Assembly: GCA_965223855.1 (NCBI GenBank)
Contig: CBDCXM010000009.1
Span: 3,008,001 to 3,072,000 of the forward strand
Length of the DNA: 64,000 nucleotides
From: Candidatus Multivoradales bacterium
GTDB lineage: Bacteria; Acidobacteriota; Thermoanaerobaculia; Multivoradales; JAHEKO01
Direction: 5' to 3'
The notes beneath the pieces were generated by a model. The model was not told where the DNA came from, searched no databases, and saw nothing but the letters and a program-made list of their open reading frames with translations. The position numbers and the translations under genes were made by a program. Positions within the stretch are counted from its first letter, which is position 1, and each line of letters begins with the position of its first letter. Positions 44,675 through 55,129 of this stretch are shown in pieces.

Positions 44675-44960
44675 CCCCAAAGTGGTTCCGGGTGAATAGT
44701 CGAAAGCCGGCCGAACTCGTCGTGGATCGCTCGTTGTCCGCCTCATCCGATTCGAAGTTTCGGACGGTCCAGTCGTTTCCGCTGCTCCGAAGCGATGACG
44801 CGTAGGCATTTCAGGGCCCCCAAAGTGGTTCCGGGTGAATAGTCGAAAGCCGGCCGAACTCGTCGTGGATCGCTCGTTGTCCGCCTCATCCGATTCGAAG
44901 TTTCGGACGGTCCAGTCGTTTCCGCTGCTCCGAAGCGATGACGCGTAGGCATTTCAGGGC
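44675..44960 (+). repeat. 143-bp tandem duplication (44675-44817, 44818-44960) of the element end
   Basis: Apparently identical units; preceded by an extra 13-bp ccccaaagtggtt (44662-44674). Confidence 0.92.
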
Positions 44961-46025
44961 CATCTCGCTCCTTCTCGGCACTCCGGAGACAAGGAGTTCC
45001 CGACGACCCAGGAACGGTCGTGGAGTACGACAATCGGGAGAAGTCGCTCTCGCTTACCCGGCGCGCGCTGTCACCGGCTGGTAGCACGGTGGGCGGAAGC
45101 AGCCTTCGGGAAAGCGCGCCTCTCGGCATCTGCGGAGGTTGTCCGAAGCAAGACGGTACTCGACTAGGAACCACCGGTACGCCTCTTCCATCGCCCGACG
45201 CACCTTGCCGTCACAGGCATGGAACCTCGGGGCAGGGGTGCGCTCGAAGTGTTCAGGCCGGTCGTGAGGATCCTGCGCCAGGATTGCCTGGCGCCCCAGC
45301 ACCGGCTTGCCGGTCTCTTCGTGGTCCTTCTCCACGGCCTTGACCATCTCGCGGACTCGCTTGCGATAGTCCGAGCTGTCGAGATGCTCCCAGCAAGGGA
45401 TTGGCGTCAGTTCGAGACGATGCTTGGAGGCGAAGCGTCGCGAAGGATTCGCCTCTCCGCGGCGGAATGCTCGATACTGCTCCGAACGGTCGATCCACTC
45501 GCCTTCCATCGTCTCTCCCGAGAGAAGCGCATGCGTACTCGTCGCTCCAGGCCAGTGGCGCGGTGAAGCAACGAGTCGCTCCTTGACGCCCTGCTCGAGG
45601 AGATAGCGGAGTCGCCGAACGTGATCCTCAGGCGTTTCGCTGACGACGACATCCGTGTAGCGACGGCCCCAGAAACGCTCCCTCCAGTCGTGCAGCCTTC
45701 CGATCTCGCGCGCGACATTGGAATTGACGTAGGCCATGAAGCTGGCCATCTGCTGAACGTCGGTAGGCCTCAGGAGCAGGTGAGCGTGGTTCGACAGGTA
45801 GACGAAGCCGCAGACCCGCATCCCGGTTCTCTCCTGAGCGCGCGCGAGAATCCCGACGACGCGGTCGCGCACCTTGGCTGAGGGTCGCAACAGATAGCGG
45901 CCCTGTTGGGTCCGGACCGTGATCTCGACCAGCGACTCTTCCGGCAGGTAGCGAAGCTTCCTAGACATTCCATGGAGAAGGACGCAACCGAGGCGGAGAA
46001 TCTTGCACTATTCACCCGGCACCTG
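44827..46025 (-). mobile_element. RAYT-type element bounded by inverted 17-bp motifs
   Basis: Left ggttccgggtgaatagt (44827-44843, also 44684-44700); right actattcacccggcacc (46007-46023); 16/17 inverted match. Confidence 0.7.
45054..45968 (-). CDS. Y1 HUH transposase (RAYT/IS200-like)
   Basis: ITVRT, YLSNHAHLL (HUH), FWGRRY, LRY candidate catalytic Tyr. Confidence 0.88.
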   Translation of the reverse strand: MSRKLRYLPEESLVEITVRTQQGRYLLRPSAKVRDRVVGILARAQERTGMRVCGFVYLSNHAHLLLRPTDVQQMASFMAYVNSNVAREIGRLHDWRERFWGRRYTDVVVSETPEDHVRRLRYLLEQGVKERLVASPRHWPGATSTHALLSGETMEGEWIDRSEQYRAFRRGEANPSRRFASKHRLELTPIPCWEHLDSSDYRKRVREMVKAVEKDHEETGKPVLGRQAILAQDPHDRPEHFERTPAPRFHACDGKVRRAMEEAYRWFLVEYRLASDNLRRCREARFPEGCFRPPCYQPVTARAG

Positions 46026-46164
46026 TTCTCGGGGCGCACACCGTACCCGCACCGAACTCCGGACTCCTGGATCGGGCCCGCGCGCAAAGGCCATCAGAGA
46101 AGTCGCCTCGGGAATAGGATAGTCGCTGCAACAGACAACAACGCTCCCGGGAAGGAGTCGACGG

Positions 46165-47136
46165 ATGAAGAAGTACCGCAAGGACGGCAAGATCACCGGC
46201 GAGTACTACTCCCAGGCGCTGGGGCAACTCCAGGAAGAACTGGTGGAGCTCCAGGAATGGGTGAAGCTCAAGGGGCGCCGTGTGGTCGTGATCTTCGAGG
46301 GCCGCGACGCCGCCGGGAAGGGCGGCACCATCAAGCGCATCACGCAAAGGCTCAACCCCCGAGTGGTCCGCGTGGTCGCGCTGGGTGTGCCCACCGAGCG
46401 CGAACGCGGACAATGGTACTTCCAGCGCTATGTGCCCCACCTGCCGGCGAAGGGTGAGATCGTCCTCTTCGACCGCAGCTGGTACAACCGCGCCGGCGTC
46501 GAAAAGGTGATGGGCTTCTGTACCGACGACGAGTACCGGGAGTTCTTGAAGTCGTGCCCGCAGTTCGAGCGCATGCTGGTGCGCTCGGGGATCATTCTCA
46601 TCAAGTACTGGTTCTCGGTCAGCGCCGAGGAGCAGGAGCGGCGTTTCCAGGAGCGGATGAAGGACCCGCGCAAGCGCTGGAAGATCAGCCCGATGGACGA
46701 GGAGTCACGGCAAAGATGGGTGGACTACTCGAAGGCCAAGGACGCGATGTTGACCTACACCGACATTCAGCAGGCGCCCTGGTACCTGGTGGACGCGGAC
46801 GTCAAGAAGCACGCGCGGCTCAACTGCATCAGTCACCTGTTGGGCTTGATCCCCTACGAGAAGGCGCTCATTCCTGAGCGCGAGCTGGCCGCACGGCCGA
46901 TCACAAGTGACGATTACGATCGCCCGGATCCTACGACCCAGCACTGGGTGCCCGAGATCTTCGGAGGCGGTGATGAGAGCGAAGAGGAGCTTCAGAGGCT
47001 TCTCGAGGAGCGCCGCAAAGCGCTCAACAGAGTGAGCGAACTCGACGAGGAGCTCAAGAGCTCGGTCCACGTCGGCGAGAAGATCGCCAGGAAGGAGAAC
47101 GTGGAGGAGATCGCAACATCCGAGAAGCCAGAGTAG
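46165..47136 (+). CDS. ppk2: Polyphosphate kinase 2
   Basis: FEGRDAAGKGG, QWYFQRY, FDRSWYNRAGVE. Confidence 0.96.
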   Translation: MKKYRKDGKITGEYYSQALGQLQEELVELQEWVKLKGRRVVVIFEGRDAAGKGGTIKRITQRLNPRVVRVVALGVPTERERGQWYFQRYVPHLPAKGEIVLFDRSWYNRAGVEKVMGFCTDDEYREFLKSCPQFERMLVRSGIILIKYWFSVSAEEQERRFQERMKDPRKRWKISPMDEESRQRWVDYSKAKDAMLTYTDIQQAPWYLVDADVKKHARLNCISHLLGLIPYEKALIPERELAARPITSDDYDRPDPTTQHWVPEIFGGGDESEEELQRLLEERRKALNRVSELDEELKSSVHVGEKIARKENVEEIATSEKPE

Positions 47137-47280
47137 TGGCCTCATCCTGCCGGTCGTGGTGCTGCTGGTCGTGGTGTCGGGCGAGTCGTCGGCAACGCCG
47201 CACACCAGGGTGCGCACCGAGCCCAGGCTCCTGAAATCGGGCAAGTCAAGTAGGCGAGATAGGCTGTCCCACCTGACCCA

Positions 47281-47367
47281 GCCGGAGTGGCGGAACTGGC
47301 AGACGCAGGGGACTTAAAATCCCTCGACCTCCGGGTCTTCCGGGTTCGAATCCCGGCTCCGGCACCA
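47281..47367 (+). tRNA. tRNA-Leu(TAA), copy 1
   Basis: GCCGGAGTGGCGGAACTGGCAGACGCAGGGGACTTAAAATCCCT...GGCACCA with long variable arm. Confidence 0.95.
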
Positions 47368-47411
47368 GCAGCATTCGGCTCCAGAACACCCGGCATCAGG
47401 AAGGGACCCTC

Positions 47412-48015
47412 TTGAAGCGCATCCTCGTCCTCTTCGCCCATCCCCGGCCCGACCGGTCGGAGGCCAACGTCGTACTGGCCGAGGTGGCCCGGCGGTCGGA
47501 GGCGGTGACGTTCGTCGATCTCTACGCCGAATACCCGACCTTCGAGATCGACGTCGATCGCGAGCAGGAGCGGCTGGTCGAGCCGACGTGATCGTCTTCC
47601 AGCACCCGGTCTACTGGTACTCGAGCCCCGATGCTCAAGGAGTGGCAGGACCTGGTGCTGGAGCACGGCGCCTACGGTTCGACCGGCCACGAGCTCGAGG
47701 GGAAGCTCTTCTTCAGCGCCGTCACCTGCGGCGGCCGTCGCGGCGTGTACTGCGAGACGGGGGCCAACCGCTACGAGTTGCGTGAGCTCTTCGCGCCGTT
47801 CGAGCAGACGTTCCTGCTGTGCCGCATGCGCTACCTGCCGCCGTTCGCGCTCTTCGCCGCCGGCCACCGTCGACGAGGGTCGACTGGAGGGGCATGCCGC
47901 CGACTACGATCGCCTGCTCGACGCCGTCGCTCACCCGCCTCGATCTGGACCGTGCCGAACAGGCGCTGACACCTCCGACGATCTCGACAGCCTGCTGCAG
48001 GCGGGGGAGGGGTGA
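47412..48015 (+). pseudogene. kefG: Frameshifted copy of kefG
   Basis: Several 1-3 nt deletions relative to 49998-50612. Confidence 0.85.
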
Positions 48016-48426
48016 TGGAGTTCCTGGCCGACGCCTTTCTCTACCTCCTCGCCGCCGTGATCGCGGTGCCGCGGTGCCGGTCGCTCAGCGCCTCGGGCTC
48101 GGCTCGGTCCTCGGCTATCTGCTGGCCGGCATCGTCATCGGCCCGCTCCTCGGCCTCGTCGGGGCGGAGACCAAGGAGGTCAAGCACTTCGCCGAGTTCG
48201 GCGTCGTGATGATGCTGTTCCTCGTCGGCCTCGAGCTGCAGCCGTCGATGCTCTGGCGCCTGCGGGACCGCCTCCTCGGCCTCGGCGGACTCCAGGTGCT
48301 CGTCACGACCGCCCTCGTCTTCGGGATCTGCCTCGCCCTCGGCGTCGCCTGGAAGCCGGCCCTCGCCATCGGCATGACGCTGGCTCTCTCCTCGACGGCG
48401 ATCGTCCTTCAGACACTGGAGGAGAA
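48015..48426 (+). pseudogene. kefB: 5' fragment of kefB, frameshifted and truncated
   Basis: Matches 50612-51015 with a small internal duplication; breaks at the element copy. Confidence 0.85.
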
Positions 48427-48433
48427 AAAGAGA

Positions 48434-49408
48434 GGTTCCGGGTGAGTAGTCGGAAGCGGCCCCCGGTTGGCCGAACCCGTCGTGGATCGCTCGTTGTCCG
48501 CTTCATCCGATTCGAACTTCCGGCGGTTCACTCGGTTCCACTTCTCCCAAGCGATGACGCCTAGGCCGTTTCAGGGCATCTTCCTCCTTCTCGGCACTCT
48601 GGAGGCAAGGAGTCCCCGACGACCCGGAAAAGGTCGTGGACGACTCCGGGGGAAGTCGTTCTGGCCTTCGTCATCACCGGCAGGTAGCACGGTGGGCGGA
48701 AGCAGCCTTCTCTGCGGAGTTTGTCGAAGCAACACGGTACTCGACTAAGAACCAGGCTTCTTCCATCGCCCGACGCACCTTGCCGTCACGGGCATGGAAT
48801 CTCGCGCGGGCGTGCGCTCGAAGTGCTCAGGCCGGTCGTGAGGATCCTGCGCCAGGATTGCCTGGCGCCCCAGCACGGGCTTACCCGTCTCCTCGTGCTC
48901 CTTCTCTACGGCCTTGACCATCTCGCGGACTCGCTTGCGGTAGTCCGAGCTGTCGAGGTGCTCCCAGCAAGGGATCGGCGTCAGCCCGATGCTTGGAAGA
49001 GAACCGGAAGATTCTCTCCGCGGCGAAACGCTCGATACTGCTCCGAACGGTCGATCCACTCGCCTTCCATCGTCTCTCCCGAGAGAAGGATGCGTGCTCG
49101 TCGCTCCAAGTGGCGCGGTGAAGCAACGAGGCTCCTTGACGCTCGAGGAGGTAGCGGAGTCGCCGAACGTGATCCTCAGGCGTTTCGCTGACGACCACAT
49201 CCGTGTAGCGGCGGCCCCAGAAGCGCTCCCTCCAGTCGTGCAGCCCGATCTCACGGGCTACATTGGAGTGACGTAGGCCATGAAACTGGTGGCTCGACAT
49301 CCGAAGGCCTCAGGACGTGAGCGTGGTTCGACAGGTAGACGAAGCCGCAGACCCGCATCCCGGTTCTTTCTTGAGCGCGGCGAGAATCCCGACGACGCGG
49401 TCGCGCAC
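48434..49408 (-). mobile_element. Degenerate truncated second copy of the RAYT element
   Basis: Homologous to 44827-45872, starts ggttccgggtgagtagt; carries substitutions and many deletions. Confidence 0.85.
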
Positions 49409-49722
49409 TGCATCAGTCACCTGTTGGGCTTGATCCCCTACGAGAAGGCGCTCATTCCTGAGCGCGAGCACTGGCCGCTCGGCCGATCACAAGTGACGAT
49501 TACGATCGCCCGGATCCTACGACCCAGCACTGGGTGCCCGAGATCTTCGGAGGCGGTGATGAGAGCGAAGAGGAGCTTCAGAGGCTTCTCGAGGAGCGCC
49601 GCAAAGCGCTCAACAGAGTGAGCGAACTCGACGAGGAGCTCAAGAGCTCGGTCCACGTCGGCGAGAAGATCGCCAGGAAGGAGAACGTGGAGGAGATCGC
49701 AACATCCGAGAAGCCAGAGTAG
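49407..49722 (+). pseudogene. ppk2: Duplicated 3' fragment of ppk2
   Basis: Matches 46823-47136. Confidence 0.85.
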
Positions 49723-49866
49723 TGGCCTCATCCTGCCGGTCGTGGTGCTGCTGGTCGTGGTGTCGGGCGAGTCGTCGGCAACGCCGCACACCAGGGTGCG
49801 CACCGAGCCCAGGCTCCTGAAATCGGGCAAGTCAAGTAGGCGAGATAGGCTGTCCCACCTGACCCA

Positions 49867-49953
49867 GCCGGAGTGGCGGAACTGGCAGACGCAGGGGACT
49901 TAAAATCCCTCGACCTCCGGGTCTTCCGGGTTCGAATCCCGGCTCCGGCACCA
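49867..49953 (+). tRNA. tRNA-Leu(TAA), copy 2
   Basis: Identical to 47281-47367. Confidence 0.95.
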
Positions 49954-49997
49954 GCAGCATCCGGCTCCAGAACACCCGGCATCAGGAAGGAACCCTC

Positions 49998-50612
49998 TTG
50001 AAGCGCATCCTCGTCCTCTTCGCCCATCCCCGGCCCGACCGGTCGGAGGCCAACGTCGTACTGGCCGAGGTGGCCCGGCGGTCGGAGGCGGTGACGTTCG
50101 TCGATCTCTACGCCGAATACCCGACCTTCGAGATCGACGTCGATCGCGAGCAGGAGCGGCTGGTCGAGCACGACGTGATCGTCTTCCAGCACCCGGTCTA
50201 CTGGTACTCGAGCCCGGCGATGCTCAAGGAGTGGCAGGACCTGGTGCTGGAGCACGGCTTCGCCTACGGTTCGACCGGCCACGAGCTCGAGGGGAAGCTC
50301 TTCTTCAGCGCCGTCACCTGCGGCGGCCGTCGCGGCGTGTACTGCGAGACGGGGGCCAACCGCTACGAGTTGCGTGAGCTCTTCGCGCCGTTCGAGCAGA
50401 CGTTCCTGCTGTGCCGCATGCGCTACCTGCCGCCGTTCGCGCTCTTCGCCGCCGGCCACGCCGTCGACGAGGGTCGACTGGAGGGGCATGCCGCCGACTA
50501 CGATCGCCTGCTCGACGCCGTCGCTCACGGCCGCCTCGATCTGGACCGTGCCGAACAGGCGCTGACACTCTCCGACGATCTCGACAGCCTGCTGCAGGCG
50601 GGGGAGGGGTGA
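49998..50612 (+). CDS. kefG: Glutathione-regulated K+ efflux ancillary NAD(P)H oxidoreductase (KefG/KefF)
   Basis: FAHP, FQHPVYWYSSPAMLKEWQDLVLEHGFAYG. Confidence 0.9.
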   Translation: MKRILVLFAHPRPDRSEANVVLAEVARRSEAVTFVDLYAEYPTFEIDVDREQERLVEHDVIVFQHPVYWYSSPAMLKEWQDLVLEHGFAYGSTGHELEGKLFFSAVTCGGRRGVYCETGANRYELRELFAPFEQTFLLCRMRYLPPFALFAAGHAVDEGRLEGHAADYDRLLDAVAHGRLDLDRAEQALTLSDDLDSLLQAGEG

Positions 50613-52480
50613 TGGAGTTCCTGGCCGACGCCTTCCTCTACCTCCTCGCCGCCGTGATCGCGGTGCCGGTCGCTCAGCGCCTCGGGCTCGGCTCGGTCCT
50701 CGGCTATCTGCTGGCCGGCATCGTCATCGGCCCGCTCCTCGGCCTCGTCGGGGCGGAGACCAAGGAGGTCAAGCACTTCGCCGAGTTCGGCGTCGTGATG
50801 ATGCTGTTCCTCGTCGGCCTCGAGCTGCAGCCGTCGATGCTCTGGCGCCTGCGGGACCGCCTCCTCGGCCTCGGCGGACTCCAGGTGCTCGTCACGACCG
50901 CCCTCGTCTTCGGGATCTGCCTCGCCCTCGGCGTCGCCTGGAAGCCGGCCCTCGCCATCGGCATGACGCTGGCTCTCTCCTCGACGGCGATCGTCCTTCA
51001 GACACTGGAGGAGAAGGGGTGGATGAAGTCGCCGCCGGGGCAGTCGGCGTTCTCGGTGCTGCTCTTCCAGGACATCGCGGTGATCCCGATGCTGGCGCTC
51101 CTGCCGCTGCTGGCGGTCGCCGGCCACGCCACAGGCGGCGCCGACGGCCACCACGGCGGTGCGCTCGACGGCCTGCCCGGCTGGGTACAGACGCTGGCGA
51201 TCCTCGGCGTCATCGCGGCGATCATCGTCGCCGGCCGCTACCTGATGCGACCGACCTTCCGCTTCATCGCGCAGTCGCGGCTGCGCGAGATCTTCACCGC
51301 CGCCGCCCTGGCGCTCGTCGTCGGCATCGCGCTGGCGATGGACCTCGTCGGCCTCTCACCCGCGCTCGGCACCTTCCTCGCCGGGGTGGTGCTCTCGGGT
51401 AGCGAGTACAGGCACGAGCTCGAGAGCGACATCGCGCCGTTCAAGGGGATCCTCCTCGGGCTGTTCTTCATCTCGGTCGGCGCGGGGATCGACTTCGAGC
51501 TCCTGGCCGACCGTCCGGCGCTGATCTTCGGAGCCGCCTTCGGCCTCATGGCGCTCAAACTGGCGGTGCTCCTCGCGCTGGCCACCGCGTTCCGGATGCG
51601 CGGCAGGCAGCGCTGGCTCTTCTCCCTGGCGCTCGCTCAGGCGGGGGAGTTCGCGTTCGTTCTCTTCGGTTTCGCCGAAGGCGCCGGCGTCATCGAGTCG
51701 GAACTCGTCACCAGCCTGACACTCTCGGTCGCCATCACGATGCTCCTGACACCGCTTCTCTTCATCGTCTACGAGCGCGTGCTCGCCCCCCGCATGGTGG
51801 AGAAGAGCTCACGCGAGGCCGACGAGATCGACGAGCGGGGGACCGCCATCGTCGCCGGTGTAGGCCGCTTCGGGCAGGCGGTGAGCCGAATCCTGATGAC
51901 CAACGGCTACCGGGTCGTCGGTCTCGACCACGACCCCGCCCTCATCGAGCTGTGGCGTCAGATCGACCTCAAGGCGTACTACGGAGATGCGACCCGGCCC
52001 GACCTCCTCCATGCCGCGGGCGCCGAGGAAGCGAAGCTCTTCGTCGCCGCCCTCGACGATCGGGAGAAGCAGACCGCGCTCGTCGAGTACGTGGCGCGCA
52101 ACCTCCCCGAGTGCCGGATCCTCGCCCGCGCCGCCGACCGCCACCATGTCTACGAGCTCGAGAAGGCGGGCGCCCACGTCGTCGAGCAGGAGCTCTTCGA
52201 GTCGGCCATCGCCGCCGGGCGGAGAGCGCTGATCGAGCTCGGCACTCATCCGTTCAAGGCCGAGCATCAGGCGCGAGCGTTCCGCCAGCACGACGGCGAC
52301 ATGCTCGACGACCTGCGCGAACGCTGGCACGAGAGCGGCGTCGATCGCCGCTACATCGACATCGCACGGGCGCGGGCCGGCGAGCTGTTCGACCTGATGC
52401 GAGGCGACCGCGCCGCCGAGCGGCACGACTCCTCAGAGCGCGGCTGGGTGCCGCCGCCGAAGGACGACGTGATCCAGTAG
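50612..52480 (+). CDS. kefB: CPA2 K+/H+ antiporter with TrkA-N domain (KefB/KefC)
   Basis: [45 protein letters not shown]. Confidence 0.93.
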   Translation: MEFLADAFLYLLAAVIAVPVAQRLGLGSVLGYLLAGIVIGPLLGLVGAETKEVKHFAEFGVVMMLFLVGLELQPSMLWRLRDRLLGLGGLQVLVTTALVFGICLALGVAWKPALAIGMTLALSSTAIVLQTLEEKGWMKSPPGQSAFSVLLFQDIAVIPMLALLPLLAVAGHATGGADGHHGGALDGLPGWVQTLAILGVIAAIIVAGRYLMRPTFRFIAQSRLREIFTAAALALVVGIALAMDLVGLSPALGTFLAGVVLSGSEYRHELESDIAPFKGILLGLFFISVGAGIDFELLADRPALIFGAAFGLMALKLAVLLALATAFRMRGRQRWLFSLALAQAGEFAFVLFGFAEGAGVIESELVTSLTLSVAITMLLTPLLFIVYERVLAPRMVEKSSREADEIDERGTAIVAGVGRFGQAVSRILMTNGYRVVGLDHDPALIELWRQIDLKAYYGDATRPDLLHAAGAEEAKLFVAALDDREKQTALVEYVARNLPECRILARAADRHHVYELEKAGAHVVEQELFESAIAAGRRALIELGTHPFKAEHQARAFRQHDGDMLDDLRERWHESGVDRRYIDIARARAGELFDLMRGDRAAERHDSSERGWVPPPKDDVIQ

Positions 52481-52546
52481 CGGCAGGATCGCGGGGCGGG
52501 CCGGAAGCACTAGAACCGTGCCTCCGGCCGCCCGGCAGAGACTCCT

Positions 52547-55000
52547 TCAGAAGCCGAGTCGCAGAACCAGCCCGACGTTCCGCCCCGGGAGCGGCACCCG
52601 GTCCTTGACGAACGAGGTGTGCGTCCGCGCTTCCTCGTCGGTCAGGTTTGAGCCCCTCAGCAGGACGTCGAGGAAGTAGGTGTCGAAGAAGAACCGATAC
52701 CCGAGGTTGGCGTTGACGAGGGTGTAGTTCGCCGTCGCCGTCTCGTTGACGGCCACACGATCCTGGCTGTCCACCCACCGCCCCTCGATGCCGCCGCGCA
52801 GCCGGTCGCCCCGGTAGTGGAGCCCGGCGCCGAAGCGCTGCGGCGGGATCCGGGGCAGGTTGCTGCCGTCGTCGAACTCGGCACGGACGAAGTCGTAGAG
52901 AAGATCGAGATCCCACGAGGCGTGCGCTCGTTGCGCGAGCAGCACCGAGAGATCGACCTCACCTCCCCAGAAGTCGGCGTCCTGCTGCGACCACTGGAGT
53001 ACCGGCAGCCCGTCCTCCTCCTCACCGGTGAAGGCCTGGAAGATGAAGTCCGAGAACTGGTTGCGGAAGAGGTTGACGGCACCGGTCACCCGGCCCTCGA
53101 CCTTGCGCAGCGTCAGGTCGAGCCCCAGGGCCGCCTCGACATCGAGGTTCGGGTCCCCGACCTCGAAGGAGGCGGTGGCGAAGTGCGCGCCGTCCGAGTA
53201 GAGCTCTTCGCCCGTCGGCATCTTCGACGAGCGAGCGAGCGACGCCCCCAGAGAGTAGGTGTCGGAAGGCTTCCACACCAGCCCGATCGAAGCCGAGAGG
53301 GCGTCGAAGTCCCGGTTCGGTGCGTCGGCGGCTCTCACCGTGGTGTCCTGGGTTTCGTAGCGCACACCGAACTGGTAGCTCCAGTTTCCGCGCTCGAACT
53401 CCTGGAAGGTGAAGAGGCCGAGACTCTCCGCCTTGACAGGCGGCAGGAACGCCTCCTCGCCGACAGCCTCGAGATCCCTCGACCGCAGCTGCACGCCGAA
53501 CGACCCCTTGTGGGCGCCACGCTGGCGCTGCAGGAACTCGGCGCGAGCCTCCCAGGCGTCGTTGAAGAAGGTCGTCCCGATCTCCCCCTCGCCCTCGAGT
53601 TCGTCGTGCTCGTAGTCGACGACGCCGAGCCGGAACTTCGCGGACTCGACCAGACCGGTAGCACGGTTGAAGCCGCCCTCGAGGTCGAGGCGCTGCTGCC
53701 GCATGTCGATACGGATGTTCTCCTCCTCCTCCTCGCCTTCGTCGTGGTCGCCGTCGTGATCCTCGTCGCCGTCGTGCCCTTCGTCTCCTTCGTCGCCGTG
53801 CTCCTCCTCGTGGCCATGCTCGACGCCGGGGATCCCGTACTGAGTGTCGTAGCCCCTGACGGCGATGCCGAAGAAGCCCCGGTCGCCGAACCGGCGGCTC
53901 ATGCCGACGCCGGCGCTCGACGTCTCGAGATCGCTGTTCGGCAGAATGCCGAAGGGGTTCTCTTCCTCGTGATCGTCGTCGTGGCCGTCGTCGTCGTGGC
54001 CGTCATCGTCATGACCATCATCGTCGTGGCCATCGTCGTCGTGCTCCTCTTCGAGCGCCGCGAAGCCGGGAATCTCGTACTCGTCCGTCTCTCGCTGCAG
54101 CATCTCGAGATGCCACGCCCAGCTCTCGTTCCCACCGTCGAGGGAAACTGCACCGGCCCGCTCGTCCGACACCGAGCCGATTCTCAGGTCCACGGTGCCG
54201 GCAAAGCCGTCCGCTGGAGCGCCGTCGGGAATCCTGTTGTCCAGCACGTTGACGACGCCGCCGATCGCGTTGCTGCCGTAGAGGAGTGTTGCGGGCCCTC
54301 GCACCACCTCGACGCTTTCGGCGAGCAGCGGATCCGCGCTGACGGCATGGTCCGGGCTGCTGGTCGCGGCATCGAGGGTGTCGAGGCCGTTCTCCATCGT
54401 CTTCACCCGGTCGCCACCGAGGCCACGGATGATGGGCCGGCTCGAGCCGGGGCCGAAGTAGGTCGACGACACGCCGGCCTCCTGCGCCAGCGATTCGCCG
54501 AGCGTCGCCTCGACCTTGGACGCGAGCTCCAGGCCGTCGAGCACGTTGATCGGCGAGGCGACGTCGAGCTCGCCGCGGGCGTCGGGCGATGCCGTGACGA
54601 CAATCCTCTCGGCGTGCACCTCCCGGAGCAGCACGATCTCGAGCGGTGCGGACTCGCCGGTGGTCGCCTCGACTCGCTCCAGGGTGCGGTCGTGGCGAGC
54701 ACTGTCGATCTCGAGCAGGTGCTCACCGGGTTCGAGGCCCGTCAGTTCGAAGCAGCCCTGTTCGTCGGCCTGGGTGCGGACTCCGGTGCCGATGACGGAC
54801 AGCACGGCATCGACGACCGGCGCGTCGTCGGCAGTCACGACACAGCCTCGTATCGATGCCGCCTCGGGAGACTCTCCGGTCTGGGCGGTTGTGGGTATGG
54901 GTAGGGACAGCAGAAGAACCGATGCGACGATCGCCAGTCCGGCGGGGAGGGAGTTCCCCGTGGCGTGCCGCCTCTTCTGGATGCAGGAAGCGAAGTTCAT
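52547..55000 (-). CDS. TonB-dependent receptor, ZnuD-like, with His/Asp/Glu-rich loops
   Basis: FGPGSSRPIIRG, SPDHAV, RGPATLLYG, HDDDG x4, terminal Phe; SD GAGAGG before ATG 55000. Confidence 0.92.
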   Translation of the reverse strand: MNFASCIQKRRHATGNSLPAGLAIVASVLLLSLPIPTTAQTGESPEAASIRGCVVTADDAPVVDAVLSVIGTGVRTQADEQGCFELTGLEPGEHLLEIDSARHDRTLERVEATTGESAPLEIVLLREVHAERIVVTASPDARGELDVASPINVLDGLELASKVEATLGESLAQEAGVSSTYFGPGSSRPIIRGLGGDRVKTMENGLDTLDAATSSPDHAVSADPLLAESVEVVRGPATLLYGSNAIGGVVNVLDNRIPDGAPADGFAGTVDLRIGSVSDERAGAVSLDGGNESWAWHLEMLQRETDEYEIPGFAALEEEHDDDGHDDDGHDDDGHDDDGHDDDHEEENPFGILPNSDLETSSAGVGMSRRFGDRGFFGIAVRGYDTQYGIPGVEHGHEEEHGDEGDEGHDGDEDHDGDHDEGEEEEENIRIDMRQQRLDLEGGFNRATGLVESAKFRLGVVDYEHDELEGEGEIGTTFFNDAWEARAEFLQRQRGAHKGSFGVQLRSRDLEAVGEEAFLPPVKAESLGLFTFQEFERGNWSYQFGVRYETQDTTVRAADAPNRDFDALSASIGLVWKPSDTYSLGASLARSSKMPTGEELYSDGAHFATASFEVGDPNLDVEAALGLDLTLRKVEGRVTGAVNLFRNQFSDFIFQAFTGEEEDGLPVLQWSQQDADFWGGEVDLSVLLAQRAHASWDLDLLYDFVRAEFDDGSNLPRIPPQRFGAGLHYRGDRLRGGIEGRWVDSQDRVAVNETATANYTLVNANLGYRFFFDTYFLDVLLRGSNLTDEEARTHTSFVKDRVPLPGRNVGLVLRLGF

Positions 55001-55129
55001 GACAGACCTCTCTTGCGTGGGGATGACAGACAGTTCCTCGACCAATGCGGGTCGAGAGGTCGCTCGGTCTCGTCGAAGAGACCGGCGGCCGCGGATCTGG
55101 GAGGGCGAGAGGATCCTCGCCCTGGCGGA

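Larger units (their letters stand above)
46823..48426 (+). repeat. Copy 1 of a 1.6-kb duplication (copy 2 at 49407-51015)
   Basis: ppk2 3' end, tRNA-Leu, kefG and kefB 5' end occur twice. Confidence 0.95.

Noticed and set aside
47281-49953. Integrative island flanked by tRNA-Leu attL/attR
   Set aside because: The duplication extends about 1.6 kb across both sides of the tRNA and no integrase is present.
53969-54043. HDDDG tandem repeat as a novel feature
   Set aside because: His/acidic loops are expected in ZnuD-like receptors.
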